Assembly: GCA_030141605.1 (NCBI GenBank)
Contig: JAQGDQ010001652.1
Span: 1 to 30,849 of the forward strand
Source of the DNA: Tubiluchus corallicola
Taxonomy: Eukaryota > Animalia > Priapulida
Length of the DNA: 30,849 bases
Reading direction: 5' to 3'
Shown here in pieces: positions 1 to 9,690 of this stretch. The position numbers and the translations under genes are program-made. The notes under the pieces are model-generated. The model made no database searches. It was not told the origin of the DNA and worked only from the letters and a program-made list of their open reading frames with translations. Each line of letters opens with the position of its first letter. Positions within the stretch are counted from its first letter, which is position 1.

Positions 1-980
1 GAATCAGTGTAAAAATTAGTTAGATATTACAAGATTAAGAGATGGGGATAAAACCCTGTGAAAGAAAACATTAATTAGTCGGGTGAGATGGTAAAGAAAA
101 AACCTTACCAAGCAGCTCCAAGTGTTGCTGAACTTGCTGATCATTTAAGTAAACTATACTCATTACACACGAAGTAGACTCAGTGATTTGGCACAGAGCA
201 ACAATTTGCCATACTACCCATGCCGAAAAGAAAAAATGTGGAAAAAGTCGGGACTGTGCATGGATTTGAACTAGAAACCTTTGCGTGACAAGTCTTGACT
301 ACAATGAGAAAGGTCGATGGTTAGTTATCGTGGTGTTAAAATTGATTATTACATTACTATGTGTGTGTGTTTGCATAGCAAAATCGTCCATAAGTCGGCA
401 CTTAAGCTTTTCTAGTTATTCACATATCCTGAATCTCCATTTCACGAGGATCATTTTGATACCAAGTTCATCACTCTATGTTATTTCTAAGCTGAGGTAA
501 TCCACGTTGAAGTTGAGGTGCAGGCTACGCACTGTAAAACATAATTTTGAGAAAATCGCTGTTAAAGTCAGCCATTGTTTTTTGTTGCATTTCTACAAAA
601 CACTTAGCAACCACAGGAAAGTTGGTTGCTATGCATGTTGCACGAAAACATTGAAGTTATGCTTAAATCCAGTAGATGGCTCTTCTTGATGAAGATCTGG
701 GCTTGGCAACAGAAAAACCCGAAGCAAAATGACAGCTTCATTGAGCTGCTATTAGAGTTTGAAAATAAAAGATTTTCACAATTGCAATAATAGTTTCTAG
801 CCAGAAAAGTGGGTAAAGAGTTATAAAATTCGATTTTTAGTATTTTCATACACTTTCTTGATAAGTTGATGCTAGACTATAAAACTATATTTAGCGTTGT
901 TTTTTATAAAATATGAAAAATTGACATTTAACGAAATTTTTTGGTGCATTCTACTTTGAAGCATCATAACATAGTTTTAA

Positions 981-1425
981 CCCTTTCATACCCGTTGTAT
1001 CCCGTGGGATACGATAATATTTCCTGCCTTTAAAATTAATAAAGTTATTTGATCTGTTGAAAGTTATTTTGATTCAAGCCAATAACAATAGACTAAAAAT
1101 GGTGATAAAATGGCAAACTAGAAAATCTACATAGCATAAAAAACTGCGCAAGGTACAGTACTTTAGAGACGACTTTGTACAGATCAGCATAGCGTGCATA
1201 CTAAATGTCTTAAATACTTTAATAAATTATCAGCAGTTGCAAAATGAAGCACATTTTATGCTTCCATTGAATCCCAATGTATCCCGTAGGATACAGGCTA
1301 TATTTAGCACGCGGGCACAGGTAGAAAAAAAATAATTATTATGTGTAAACAAGATGGACATACTGAACAAAAGTACCAAGCCAAAAAATTGTTTCTTATT
1401 AAAAAATAATTTGGGACTGAAAGGG
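981..1425. mobile_element. piggyBac-type non-autonomous element (MITE), full length
   Basis: TTAA at 977-980 and 1426-1429 flank the terminal inverted repeats CCCTTTCA / TGAAAGGG. A TTAA TSD with CCC-starting TIRs is the piggyBac signature. No ORF. Confidence 0.85.
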
Positions 1426-1566
1426 TTAACCATGCCGACTTGTGGACGGTTTTGCTTCGCAAGCAACACGTGTAATATACTTTTTGTTGCTTTAACTTTA
1501 ACTAAATATTTTGTCAAAATGTTTTGAAAATTTTTCTCGTTAATTTCTGCGTTTTTTCAATTTCAG

Positions 1567-1639
1567 GAGGACAAAGACGTGGAGTTTCAGATCAGCTGCT
1601 CTAAGTTGGCACAAGTCAACATAACTTGGAAAGAAGATG
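1567..1639 (+). CDS. ATRN: Attractin-family exon (first in window; gene begins upstream): EDKDVEFQISCSKLAQVNITWKED
   Basis: tttcag acceptor and G|gtaaat donor (phase 1). Joins in frame to 4039. Resembles the recalled attractin segment DLDMFINASKNFNLNITW. Confidence 0.85.
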
Positions 1640-1757
1640 GTAAATACGCAAACCTGAATATCATTTTTTTTTAAATTTCCATAGCTATTGGTTAGCAATT
1701 CTTCTGTGTATCTAAAGTTATTCAAAAGGCTGTAAAGACAATAACGGCCATCCAATA

Positions 1758-2276
1758 TTGCCGAATTGTAACTGTGGATTTCGATTTGAGTCTGTTAAAC
1801 ACTTTTTGTTGCACTGCACATTGTATCAACAAACTAGGGTTGTTATGTTTGATAAATTAAATGAAATACTTCTGCCTGAAAACCTTAATATAACTGCCTT
1901 AGGAACTAATGATCTGTTGAAGTTGTTATTATTCGGAAAAGATGAATTTAACTATGTTACTAACTGTAAAATATTCCAATGTATACATGACTTTATATTA
2001 CGTACTAAACGCTTCCAGTAGTTTCTATCTGATATAAAATGCATCATTCTTAAATAATCGTACATTAATATTTACTAACCTTCATTTTCTACTAATGTCT
2101 AATGTATCACTGTAGTAAAACTTTAGTATACTAAAGGATACTAAAAACTAAGTATAGTCTATTCTTACTGTAAATGTTTTTGTAAATAGTGTATAAATTC
2201 TGTTGTGGTGAGGATCCTAAATCATGTTGTACAAACTGTCTGATCCAATCCTATAATAAATTATGTTTAAACTAAA
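1758..2276 (+). mobile_element. 5'-truncated CR1-group LINE 3' end (ORF2 C-terminal zinc knuckle plus 3' UTR)
   Basis: ORF 1758-2021 has CxC...ESVKHFLLHC and ends FILRTKRFQ*, typical of invertebrate CR1-group ORF2 termini. AATAAA at 2255-2260 is followed by ttatgtttaaactaaa. Confidence 0.75.
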
Positions 2277-2361
2277 GTCATTCAAACTGCTTAGCAAGCC
2301 CTCGTGATTTTCCAACTGCGTGTAAAAATACCCACTTTTTAACGGATCATATATTTGTTTT

Positions 2362-2480
2362 ACTACGGCCAAATCGCGTTGAAAACACCAGTTCTCGTCT
2401 GATCACCGAAGTTAAGCAATATAGAGTCTGGTTAGTGCTTGGATGGTTGACCACCTAGGAATACCAGGTGCTGCAGGTTT
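2362..2480 (+). pseudogene. 5S rRNA-derived head of the SINE (not a functional 5S gene)
   Basis: ctacggccaaatcgcgttgaaaacaccagttctcgtctgatcaccgaagttaagc...gttagtgcttggatggttgaccacctaggaataccaggtgctgcagg follows metazoan 5S along its length. Box A (about 2410-2424) and box C (about 2437-2455) are recognisable but substituted. It ends in only TTT. Confidence 0.85.
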
Positions 2481-2917
2481 GCGAGATGCCCACACTGTAT
2501 CTTGACACTAGGCGAAGGAGCTGCACAAGCAGCAGCCAACGGCTAGAGGGCGGAGGAGGTCAAGCAACCCAACGGCCATGTGTAGAGGAGTAAACCTTCC
2601 AAATCAGGAGTGGAGCCCCGAAGGCGGACCAGTGCAGCATGCTCACTGACTCCGGCAGCTCCTGCAGCCAACCCGGTGCCAAATGTATCACTCCGCTTTC
2701 CTTTGGATTACACCAGGGAGGAAAAGAGGGGGTTCCTGTTGTCTGGGCAACTCAGGATCTCCATACACCTTGCCCAGGCGTGCGTCCTGGAGACGTTCAA
2801 GGATCGGACTGCTCAGCCACAGTCGACGCTGCAGCTCCATCAATGTGATCAACAACTGACTCTCTTGGCGCACACTCCATTGTCTTCTGAGACGGAAGGA
2901 TGCCAACAAGACCAACA
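2362..2917 (+). mobile_element. 5S rRNA-derived SINE (SINE3) with an RTE-LINE-derived 3' end, full length with TSD
   Basis: 2362-2480 is a diverged 5S rRNA copy. 2797-2859 translates SRIGLLSHSRRCSSINVINN* (RTE ORF terminus). CAA-rich tail. Perfect 11-bp TSD ATATTTGTTTT at 2351-2361 and 2918-2928. Confidence 0.85.
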
Positions 2918-4038
2918 ATATTTGTTTTGGAAACGCAATAAACACACAAACTTTCTACCATTTTGTAGAACTTCTTTTCAAGTTTCACAAATTCCGCTAT
3001 AGTTTTGTTTATAATGGAAATTGCTACCAGGTGCACGGTAGTCTAAATTATAGGCAGAAAGTCAAATTTGCGAAAACTGACCCGTACACTTGTATCTCAG
3101 TTTGCCGGACAAAAGCGGGGAGATGTGGGTCCGAATGTGCCAATTGTCTGCATTCCACGTGAATCTGATCATCATCATCATTTTACTTTTCATTGTCATT
3201 TCTTTGCTTTTTCTATCACCGTTGTATTTCATTCTCCTTATATATTTTATTTCGCGCATTCTGCATTTTTTCTTTCCCTTCCGCCTTTACAAGTTCATCT
3301 GCAAGGCCTGAGCCGATTTCCGAATATCTTGGAAATTTTAAATTTTGTTTTGTTTCATTGTAGGAAATGTGTGTATTGTAATATATCATGTATGTGACAT
3401 TGTACATAATGTCACAGCATTTTGGAAAATAAACTAAACTAAATTGAACACATCTTGATAATCTTATTAGATATATTGTCGTTGAAAGGAAGAAAGGATG
3501 ATTTTTCATAAACCACCCCAAGTATTCACTTTAACACAATTAATACTGAAAAATCATTTCTGATAGTTAAACAAAGATTAAAAACTTAATTAATGGTGAA
3601 CGAGCCCAATTATTGATGACATCACAAACTAACATAATTTTCAACACAAACATATTCCACGAGCGTGTTCCAAGTGTTTGCGAAAGTGCAAATTGAAGGA
3701 CAGTGCTACTGTAAGATATTCAGTGTGTTGTACTAAAACTAGGCAAGTTTTAAGATAAAAATTCAAATTTCAAATTTACCGCTGTGCTTACGCATGAACA
3801 TGTGTAGTACGTCACAAACTAACACATCTGAATAGAGAGGTACTGCACCCACCTGTTTTTTGCGCAATGCATTTCTGAAATGCAGGCGCTATTGCACGTC
3901 TAACTAGCATATGGTGAATGCATGTAACAGTGAAGAACTAGTGGTGCAAATGCGAAATTGTGTTTAAGATTGGGTCCAGTTATGCTTTAATTTTACCTAT
4001 CATTAATAATCGAAATTAACAACCGATTTCTCCTACAG

Positions 4039-4184
4039 ATGGCTTTGAAGGAGAGACGCCCGTGTTCAGTATCGAATGTTCGGAGTTCAAGACGAAGTTC
4101 TCGCGACACATTTACACATTTGGAGAGAAGAATTTCACTTTTTACGTCTACGTTTCTAACTTTAAGACTCCGTTTTGGTTAAAG
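4039..4184 (+). CDS. ATRN: Attractin-family exon: (D)GFEGETPVFSIECSEFKTKFSRHIYTFGEKNFTFYVYVSNFKTPFWLK
   Basis: tcctacag acceptor, AAG|gtgcgt donor, 146 nt, phase 1 to 0. TFYVYVSNF matches attractin TFFVYVSNF. Confidence 0.93.
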
Positions 4185-4379
4185 GTGCGTAGTTTATGCG
4201 TAAATAAACCATTTTTTGATCAGTTCTTGCTGTCGTGTTGAGTGAAAGCTGTTCTTTGGGTAGTTTTAGCCCGTAGAATAATTTCGTCCTGTTAGATAAG
4301 TAATTAAGATCAACTGCCATTGGCTTCCCACCCTTCCCGGGTCGCCGGTTCAGTTCTTGACTGAGTCATATCAAACATT

Positions 4380-4636
4380 TTAAAGTATTTAACACATTTA
4401 GTATGCACGCCATGCTGATCTGTACAATGTCGTCTCTAAAGTACTGTACCTTGCACAGTTTTTTATGCTATGTAGATTTTCTAGTTTGCCATTTTATCAC
4501 CATTTTTAGTCTATTGTTATTGGCTTAAATCAAAATAACTATTAACAGATCAACTAACTGTCAGTTTTAAAATTTTACTAATTTTAAAGGCAGAAAATAT
4601 TCTCGTATCCCACGGGATACAACGGGTATGAAAGGG
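4380..4636. mobile_element. Partial copy of the 981-1425 piggyBac MITE in inverted orientation
   Basis: Reverse complement of about 981-1221 with scattered substitutions and a short indel. Ends ...gggtatgaaaggg|TTAA (4637-4640). Confidence 0.85.
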
Positions 4637-4720
4637 TTAACAGAGAAACTCAGTACAGTAAGGTACTTGAGGTTTACTCACATGTGCTGGAAATGCATTT
4701 AATGTTTTTCTATTTTGCAG

Positions 4721-4779
4721 ATTGCATTCTCTCAGAACAATCCTATAGATCTACTGCAATTTTTTGTAACATTTTTTGG
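4721..4779 (+). CDS. ATRN: Attractin-family exon, start of TM helix: IAFSQNNPIDLLQFFVTFF(G)
   Basis: ttttgcag acceptor, GG|gtgagt donor, phase 0 to 2. Matches attractin IAFSQ...DLVQFFVTFF. Confidence 0.95.
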
Positions 4780-5630
4780 GTGAGTAACAAAATTTCTTTC
4801 ACGAAAAGAAACAAACTGCGCTCATATCTCGGTTTGCTGTACAAACATGCGAGACGTCGGTCCAAATTTGCCGATTGTCCTAATTATACTAAGCTAATAC
4901 AGAAGGCTCTGTATATTACAGTAATGTAGAATCAGTTGCGTAATTGTTTCAAAAACATTTAGTACAGGCCTGACATACAAGCTACATACGTATCGTTACA
5001 CGCTGCTTGGTTGCACTGAGGTAATGATGTAATCAAAGTGGCGGCCCATCAACTAGCGGACAGCTTCCAAAATAACAGACCGTGTCCGTGGTATGCGGGA
5101 CTTTATATGATGTCCGATTCTTATGAAAGTTAGGTCCGGTGAATCAAGATATGAGCGTACATTCAAATTGGTTTAGTTCGGATCTGCATAATTCGGATTT
5201 TTCAACAATTATTTTATGTCACATGTTAGTCAGAGTTTACTGCGATCCTGTGATGTATGTTGTTTCCACTGGAAAAGTAAAACTCTTCTCATTAAAGGAA
5301 AGGAACGCAAAGATTTGAAGGAAAGGCCAAGCTGTCTAGGAAGCTAGACTTATTTCGATGTTCGCGAAAAATGTTAGAAACGTTTAGTAATAAGTGTGAT
5401 AAGCGACTCGTGTAATTAGTAAAACCAGTTTAAAATCATGATCATTTCACGCTTGGCTGCTCTCATTTTGAACGTCCATTCTTCCACCAGTGATGTCATT
5501 CATCAGCTGAAGGAAAGCAGCTCGACATCAATTTCTGTAAAACGTATAATAAGTTTTCTGCAGAAAATCAAATGGGTAATTTTGTATTATTTTTGCACGA
5601 ACATTTGGTAAGCTGCAGAAATTTGAAAAA

Positions 5631-6499
5631 CACGGAAAGCCGCACTGCGCACACAAAGTTTACCAGTCATCAGTGTGCGGTCACGGAAAGCCGCACTATG
5701 CGCACAAAGTTCACCAGTCATCAGTGTGCGGTCACGGAAAGCCGCACTGCGCGCACAAAGTTCACCAGTCATCAGTGTGCGGTCGCAGAAAGCCGCACTG
5801 CGCGCACAAAGTTCACCATTCATCAGTGTGCAGTCACGGAAAGCCGCACTGCGCGCACAAAGTTCACCATTCATCAGTGTGCAGTCACGGAAAGCCGCAC
5901 TGCGCGCACAAAGTTCACCAGTCATCAGTGTGCGGTCACGGAAAGCCGCACTACGCACACAAAGTTCACCAGTCATTAGTGTGCAGTCACGGAAAGCCGC
6001 ACTGCGTGCACAAAGTTCACCAGTCATCAGTGTGCGGTCACGGAAAGCCGCACTGCGCGCACAAAGTTCACCAGTCATCAGTGTGCGGTCACAGAAAGCC
6101 GTACTGCGCGCACAAAGTTCACCAGTCATCAGTGTGCGGTCACAGAAAGCCGCACTGCGCGCACAAAGTTCACCAGTCATCAGTGTGCGGTCACGGAAAG
6201 CCGCACTGCGCACACAAAGTTCACCAGTCATCAGTGTGCGGTCACGGAAAGCTGCACTGCGTGCTCAAAGTTCACCAGTCATCAGTGTGCGGTCACGGAA
6301 GGCCGCACTGCGCGCACAAAGTTCACCAGTCATCAGTGTGCAGTCACGGAAAGCCGTACTGCGCGCACAAAGTTCACCAGTCATCAGTGTGCGTTCACGG
6401 AAGGCCGCACTGCGCGCACAAAGTTCACCAGTCATCAGTGTGCGGTCACGGAAAGCCGCACTGCGCACACAAAGTTCACCAGTCATCAGTGTGCAGTCA
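5631..6499. repeat. 51-bp minisatellite, about 17 copies, intronic
   Basis: Unit cacggaaagccgcactgcgcgcacaaagttcaccagtcatcagtgtgcggt; period 51 (5631, 5682, ...). Confidence 0.97.
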
Positions 6500-6654
6500 T
6501 GTGCTAAATGCAATGTGCTAAATGACTTATCTTTTCCTTTAATAGCTTCCGTTTCACGGGGCGCAAGCAAAGTTTGTCTCGCAGATAGTAGACGCTCAAG
6601 CCGTGAATGTTTTTCATTCATTATTCATTATTCATTATTCATTTTTTCTTTCAG

Positions 6655-6733
6655 ATGTTTTTTGTCATTGCTTCTCATAGCTGCTATTATCTGGAAAATT
6701 AAGCAGAAATACGATGTCTACCGGAGGAGACAG
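6655..6733 (+). CDS. ATRN: Attractin-family exon, TM helix and stop-transfer: CFLSLLLIAAIIWKIKQKYDVYRRRQ
   Basis: ttttctttcag acceptor, CAG|gtaggg donor, phase 2 to 0. Matches attractin CFLSLLLVAAVVWKIKQ. Confidence 0.96.
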
Positions 6734-6742
6734 GTAGGGAAG

Positions 6743-7697
6743 ACCTGTTAGAAATGCACCTCTTTAGCTAGTGCTAACACTGGCGCTGCTAATTTGGTTA
6801 CCTGTTAGAAATGCACCTCTTTAGCTAGTGTTAACACTGGCACTGCTAATTTGGTTACCTGTTAAAAATGCACCTCTTTAGCTAGTGCTAACACTGGCAC
6901 TGCTAATTTGGTTACCTGTTAGAAATGCACCTCTTTAGCTAGTGCTAACACTGGCGCTGCTAATTTGGTTACCTGTTAGAAATGCACCTCTTTAGCTAGT
7001 GTTAACACCGCTGCTAATTTGGTTACCTGTTAAAAATGCACCTCTTTAGCTAGTGCTAACGCCGGCACTGCCAATTTGGTTACCTGTTAAAAATGCACCT
7101 CTTTAGCTAGTACTAACACTGGCACTGCTAATTTGGTTACCTGTTAAAAATGCACCTCTTTAGCTAGTACTAACACTGGCACTGCTAATTTGGTTACCTG
7201 TTAAAAATGCACCTCTTTAGCTAGAGCTAACACTGACGCTGCTAATTTGGTTACCTGTTAAAAATGCACCTCTTTAGCTAGTGCTAACGCCGGCACTGCC
7301 AATTTGGTTACCTGTTAAAAATGCACCTCTTTAGCTAGTACTAACACTGGCACTGCTAATTTGGTTACCTGTTAAAAATGCACCTCTTTAGCTAGTACTA
7401 ACACTGGCACTGCTAATTTGGTTACCTGTTAAAAATGCACCTCTTTAGCTAGAGCTAACACTGACGCTGCTAATTTGGTTACCTGTTAAAAATGCACCTC
7501 TTTAGCTAGTGCTAACGCCGGCACTGCCAATTTGGTTACCTGTTAAAAATGCACCTCTTTAGCTAGTACTAACACTGGCACTGCTAATTTGGTTACCTGT
7601 TAAAAATGCACCTCTTTAGCTAGTACTAACACTGGCACTGCTAATTTGGTTACCTGTTAAAAATGCACCTCTTTAGCTAGTGCTAACACTGGCGCTA
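6743..7697. repeat. 57-bp minisatellite, about 17 copies, with a 4-unit (228 bp) higher-order pattern
   Basis: Unit acctgttaRaaatgcacctctttagctagtRctaacactggcRctgctaatttggtt. The variant gccggc recurs at 7061, 7289 and 7517. Confidence 0.97.
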
Positions 7698-7768
7698 TTA
7701 CTTTTTTCACAAGCTAACAAATAATTTTGAGAGTTAAGCGGGGTGTATGATTTTTGACTGAACATGCT

Positions 7769-8095
7769 GTACACATAGCGTGCAAAAGTGTCGATCTTGA
7801 TTTTCTCAACAATTGTCGTAGTACTAAAAGTGTGTACACATAGAATGCAAAAGTGTCGATCTTGATTTTTCTCAACAATTGTCGTAGTACTAAAAGTGTG
7901 TACACATAGCATGCAAAAGTGTCGATCTTGATTTCTCTCAACAATTGTCGTAGCATTAAAAGTGTGTACACATAGCATGCAAAAGTGTCGATCTTGATTT
8001 TTCTCAACAATTGTCGTAGTACTAAAAGTCTGGACACACAGCATGCAAAAGTGTCGATCTTGATTTTCTCAACAATTGTCGCAGTACTAAAAGTG
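7769..8095. repeat. 65-66-bp minisatellite, 5 copies
   Basis: Unit gtacacatagcatgcaaaagtgtcgatcttgatttttctcaacaattgtcgtagtactaaaagtgt at 7769, 7834, 7900, ... Confidence 0.95.
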
Positions 8096-8114
8096 CGTTT
8101 AAAACTTTTCGCAG

Positions 8115-8270
8115 AGGCTGTTTGTGGAAATGGCACAGATGGCGTCACGTCCGTTCGCCATGGTGTCCGTCGAGTTCCAGAGCAAAGCGGGCAAGCAGTT
8201 CACCTGCTCCAATTCTTCCAGTCATCAGATAGTCAGCTATACCGATTCACTGCCACGGTCACGAGTGAAA
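8115..8270 (+). CDS. ATRN: Attractin-family cytoplasmic exon: RLFVEMAQMASRPFAMVSVEFQ...LPRSRVK
   Basis: ttttcgcag acceptor, AAA|gtaagt donor, 156 nt, phase 0 to 0. Contains the MASRPF motif conserved in attractin and MEGF8 tails (MGRN1-interacting). Confidence 0.96.
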
Positions 8271-8282
8271 GTAAGTAAGCAT

Positions 8283-8342
8283 GGCTGCCTGGGAAGCAGA
8301 GGGTTTGGGTTCGAATCCCAATGTAGGTGCAAAATTTTTTCC
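8283..8342 (+). mobile_element. Possible tRNA-derived SINE fragment
   Basis: Perfect Pol III B box GGTTCGAATCC at 8308-8318. No convincing A box or cloverleaf. Confidence 0.35.
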
Positions 8343-8553
8343 GTCTTTCATATTTGCTTTTGTGTGTTTTTTGTTTTAGATTTGCACTGCGCTTCTTGAA
8401 GTTTGTTTACTTAGACTTAAAGTTTGGTGTAATTTTAAGAACTTTTCATTTATTTGGTGAAAAAATATTTAATTTTAAGCGAACTATTGCCACTTGCAGT
8501 GATTCGAATTTGGTTTAGAGTTTTTGACAAGCCCTGTACATTTTGTTTTCCAG

Positions 8554-8718
8554 GAAAAAGCAATCCCTGTATCACTAGAACCGTGTTTTGACCACCGGGC
8601 CGCAGTGTTATCATTAATAGTCGAACTACCTAAGGGTAGTCAAGCATACACACCATATACTGCTACGGGTATTGCAATAGCATCATCGCTAGTACAATTA
8701 GGGGCACACCATAAACAG
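8554..8718 (+). CDS. ATRN: Attractin-family cytoplasmic exon: EKAIPVSLEPCFDHRAAVLSLIVELPKG...GIAIASSLVQLGAHHKQ
   Basis: ttttccag acceptor, CAG|gtgagt donor, 165 nt, phase 0 to 0. Matches attractin PIALEPCF...AAVLSVFVRLPRG...GLAVASALV. Confidence 0.96.
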
Positions 8719-9003
8719 GTGAGTTTTTCCTGCTTCTCTGTGGAATTCGATGTTCATACTTATCAGCATACACACCATATACTGCTACGGGTATTGCAAT
8801 AGCATCATCGCTAGTACAATTAGGGGCACACCATAAACAGGTGAGTTTTTCCTGCTTCTCTGTGGAATTCGATGTTCATACTTATCAGCATACACACCAT
8901 ATAATGCTACGGGTATAGCAGTAGCATCATCGCTAGTACAATTAGGGGCACACCATAAACAGGTGAGTTTTTCCTGCTTCTCTGTGGAATTCGATGTTCA
9001 TAC
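8643..9003 (+). repeat. 122-bp tandem triplication of the 3' part of exon 8554-8718 plus its splice donor
   Basis: Equivalent positions at 8644, 8766 and 8888. Donor gtgagt at 8719, 8841 and 8963. Confidence 0.96.
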
Positions 9004-9648
9004 AAGTGACAGCGCGACAAAACATACACCCCCCGTGACTGGCGGGGTGTACAGTTCTGGGATTATTCATGTTTTGAAATGGGTGACAGACAAGATGGCC
9101 GCCGCTGATACTAACTTTAACAATTTTGATGATGTAATTCGATGCCTCGTGTGAATATTAAAAAAATAAATCAACGCATATTTACACAAACAATCATCGA
9201 TTTGCATCCTTTACAGCAACTTATGATTGTTCAGCCTCACGATCCGATCACATCTTAATTAATTAACGACTCAAAACTAATTACAACTCAAATTTTCCTC
9301 CATTTTTTAACCAAATTAATATTAAATCGCTATGTGTGTTTTTCGACAAATTCATCCTTAGTGCGCATACATACACAACGTCTTACATTACCGCTTAAAC
9401 ATACTTGTATCTAAGTTATCTTAACGACCAATCGGAAGCGATTATGGTCATAAGTTGACGACTGTCTGACATACATATTAGGGGAAAAGGGGTGCTATGT
9501 TTGTACAGGGTCTGCTAACGAGCCGCTGCTGTAATTAAGTGCAATTTTTTTATGAGTCACCTGGTACGTTCTTAGCGAATAGTGTAAATTACTAACCATT
9601 TACTTCACTTACTTTCGCTAAACCATCACGTCATTTTCTTTTTTACAG

Positions 9649-9690
9649 CAAGTTGAAGTAAAAGAGAGCAAAACCAAGACGAAGAAATGA
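9649..9690 (+). CDS. ATRN: Attractin-family terminal coding exon: QVEVKESKTKTKK* (in-frame extension to TAG at 9730-9732 if TGA is read through)
   Basis: Strong acceptor ttttcttttttacag, phase 0. The other two frames stop within 4 codons. Basic tail as in attractins. Confidence 0.8.
   Translation, partial: QVEVKESKTKTKK

Noticed and set aside
505-960. Old TTAA-type (Kolobok-like) DNA element
   Set aside because: The ends (aagttgaggtgca versus tgcattctactt) match only loosely and no TSD is intact.
2362-2480. Functional 5S rRNA gene
   Set aside because: Single diverged copy, no T4+ terminator, fused to a LINE-derived tail and enclosed by a TSD.
5631-6499. Hammerhead ribozyme or retrozyme on the minus strand (cgcaca-CTGATGA-ctggt-GAAC-tt-tgtgcg)
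   Set aside because: CUGAUGA is enclosed by a 6-bp stem, but there is no helix II, GAAA is GAAC, and no helix III or NUH site can form.
5572-6751. ORFs of 135-358 aa with 17-aa His/Cys or Arg/Ser repeats
   Set aside because: Products of the 51-bp intronic minisatellite, open in several frames on both strands. Only 6655-6733 is real exon.
8115-8270. MEGF8 as the gene identity
   Set aside because: MASRPF is shared with MEGF8, but the neighbouring exons (YVSNF, IAFSQ, WKIKQ, LEPCF, AIASSLV) follow attractin.
9688-9690. Selenocysteine recoding of the TGA
   Set aside because: I could not see a SECIS-like stem-loop downstream, and the position is in a basic run rather than at a conserved Cys. 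A SECISearch run would settle it.
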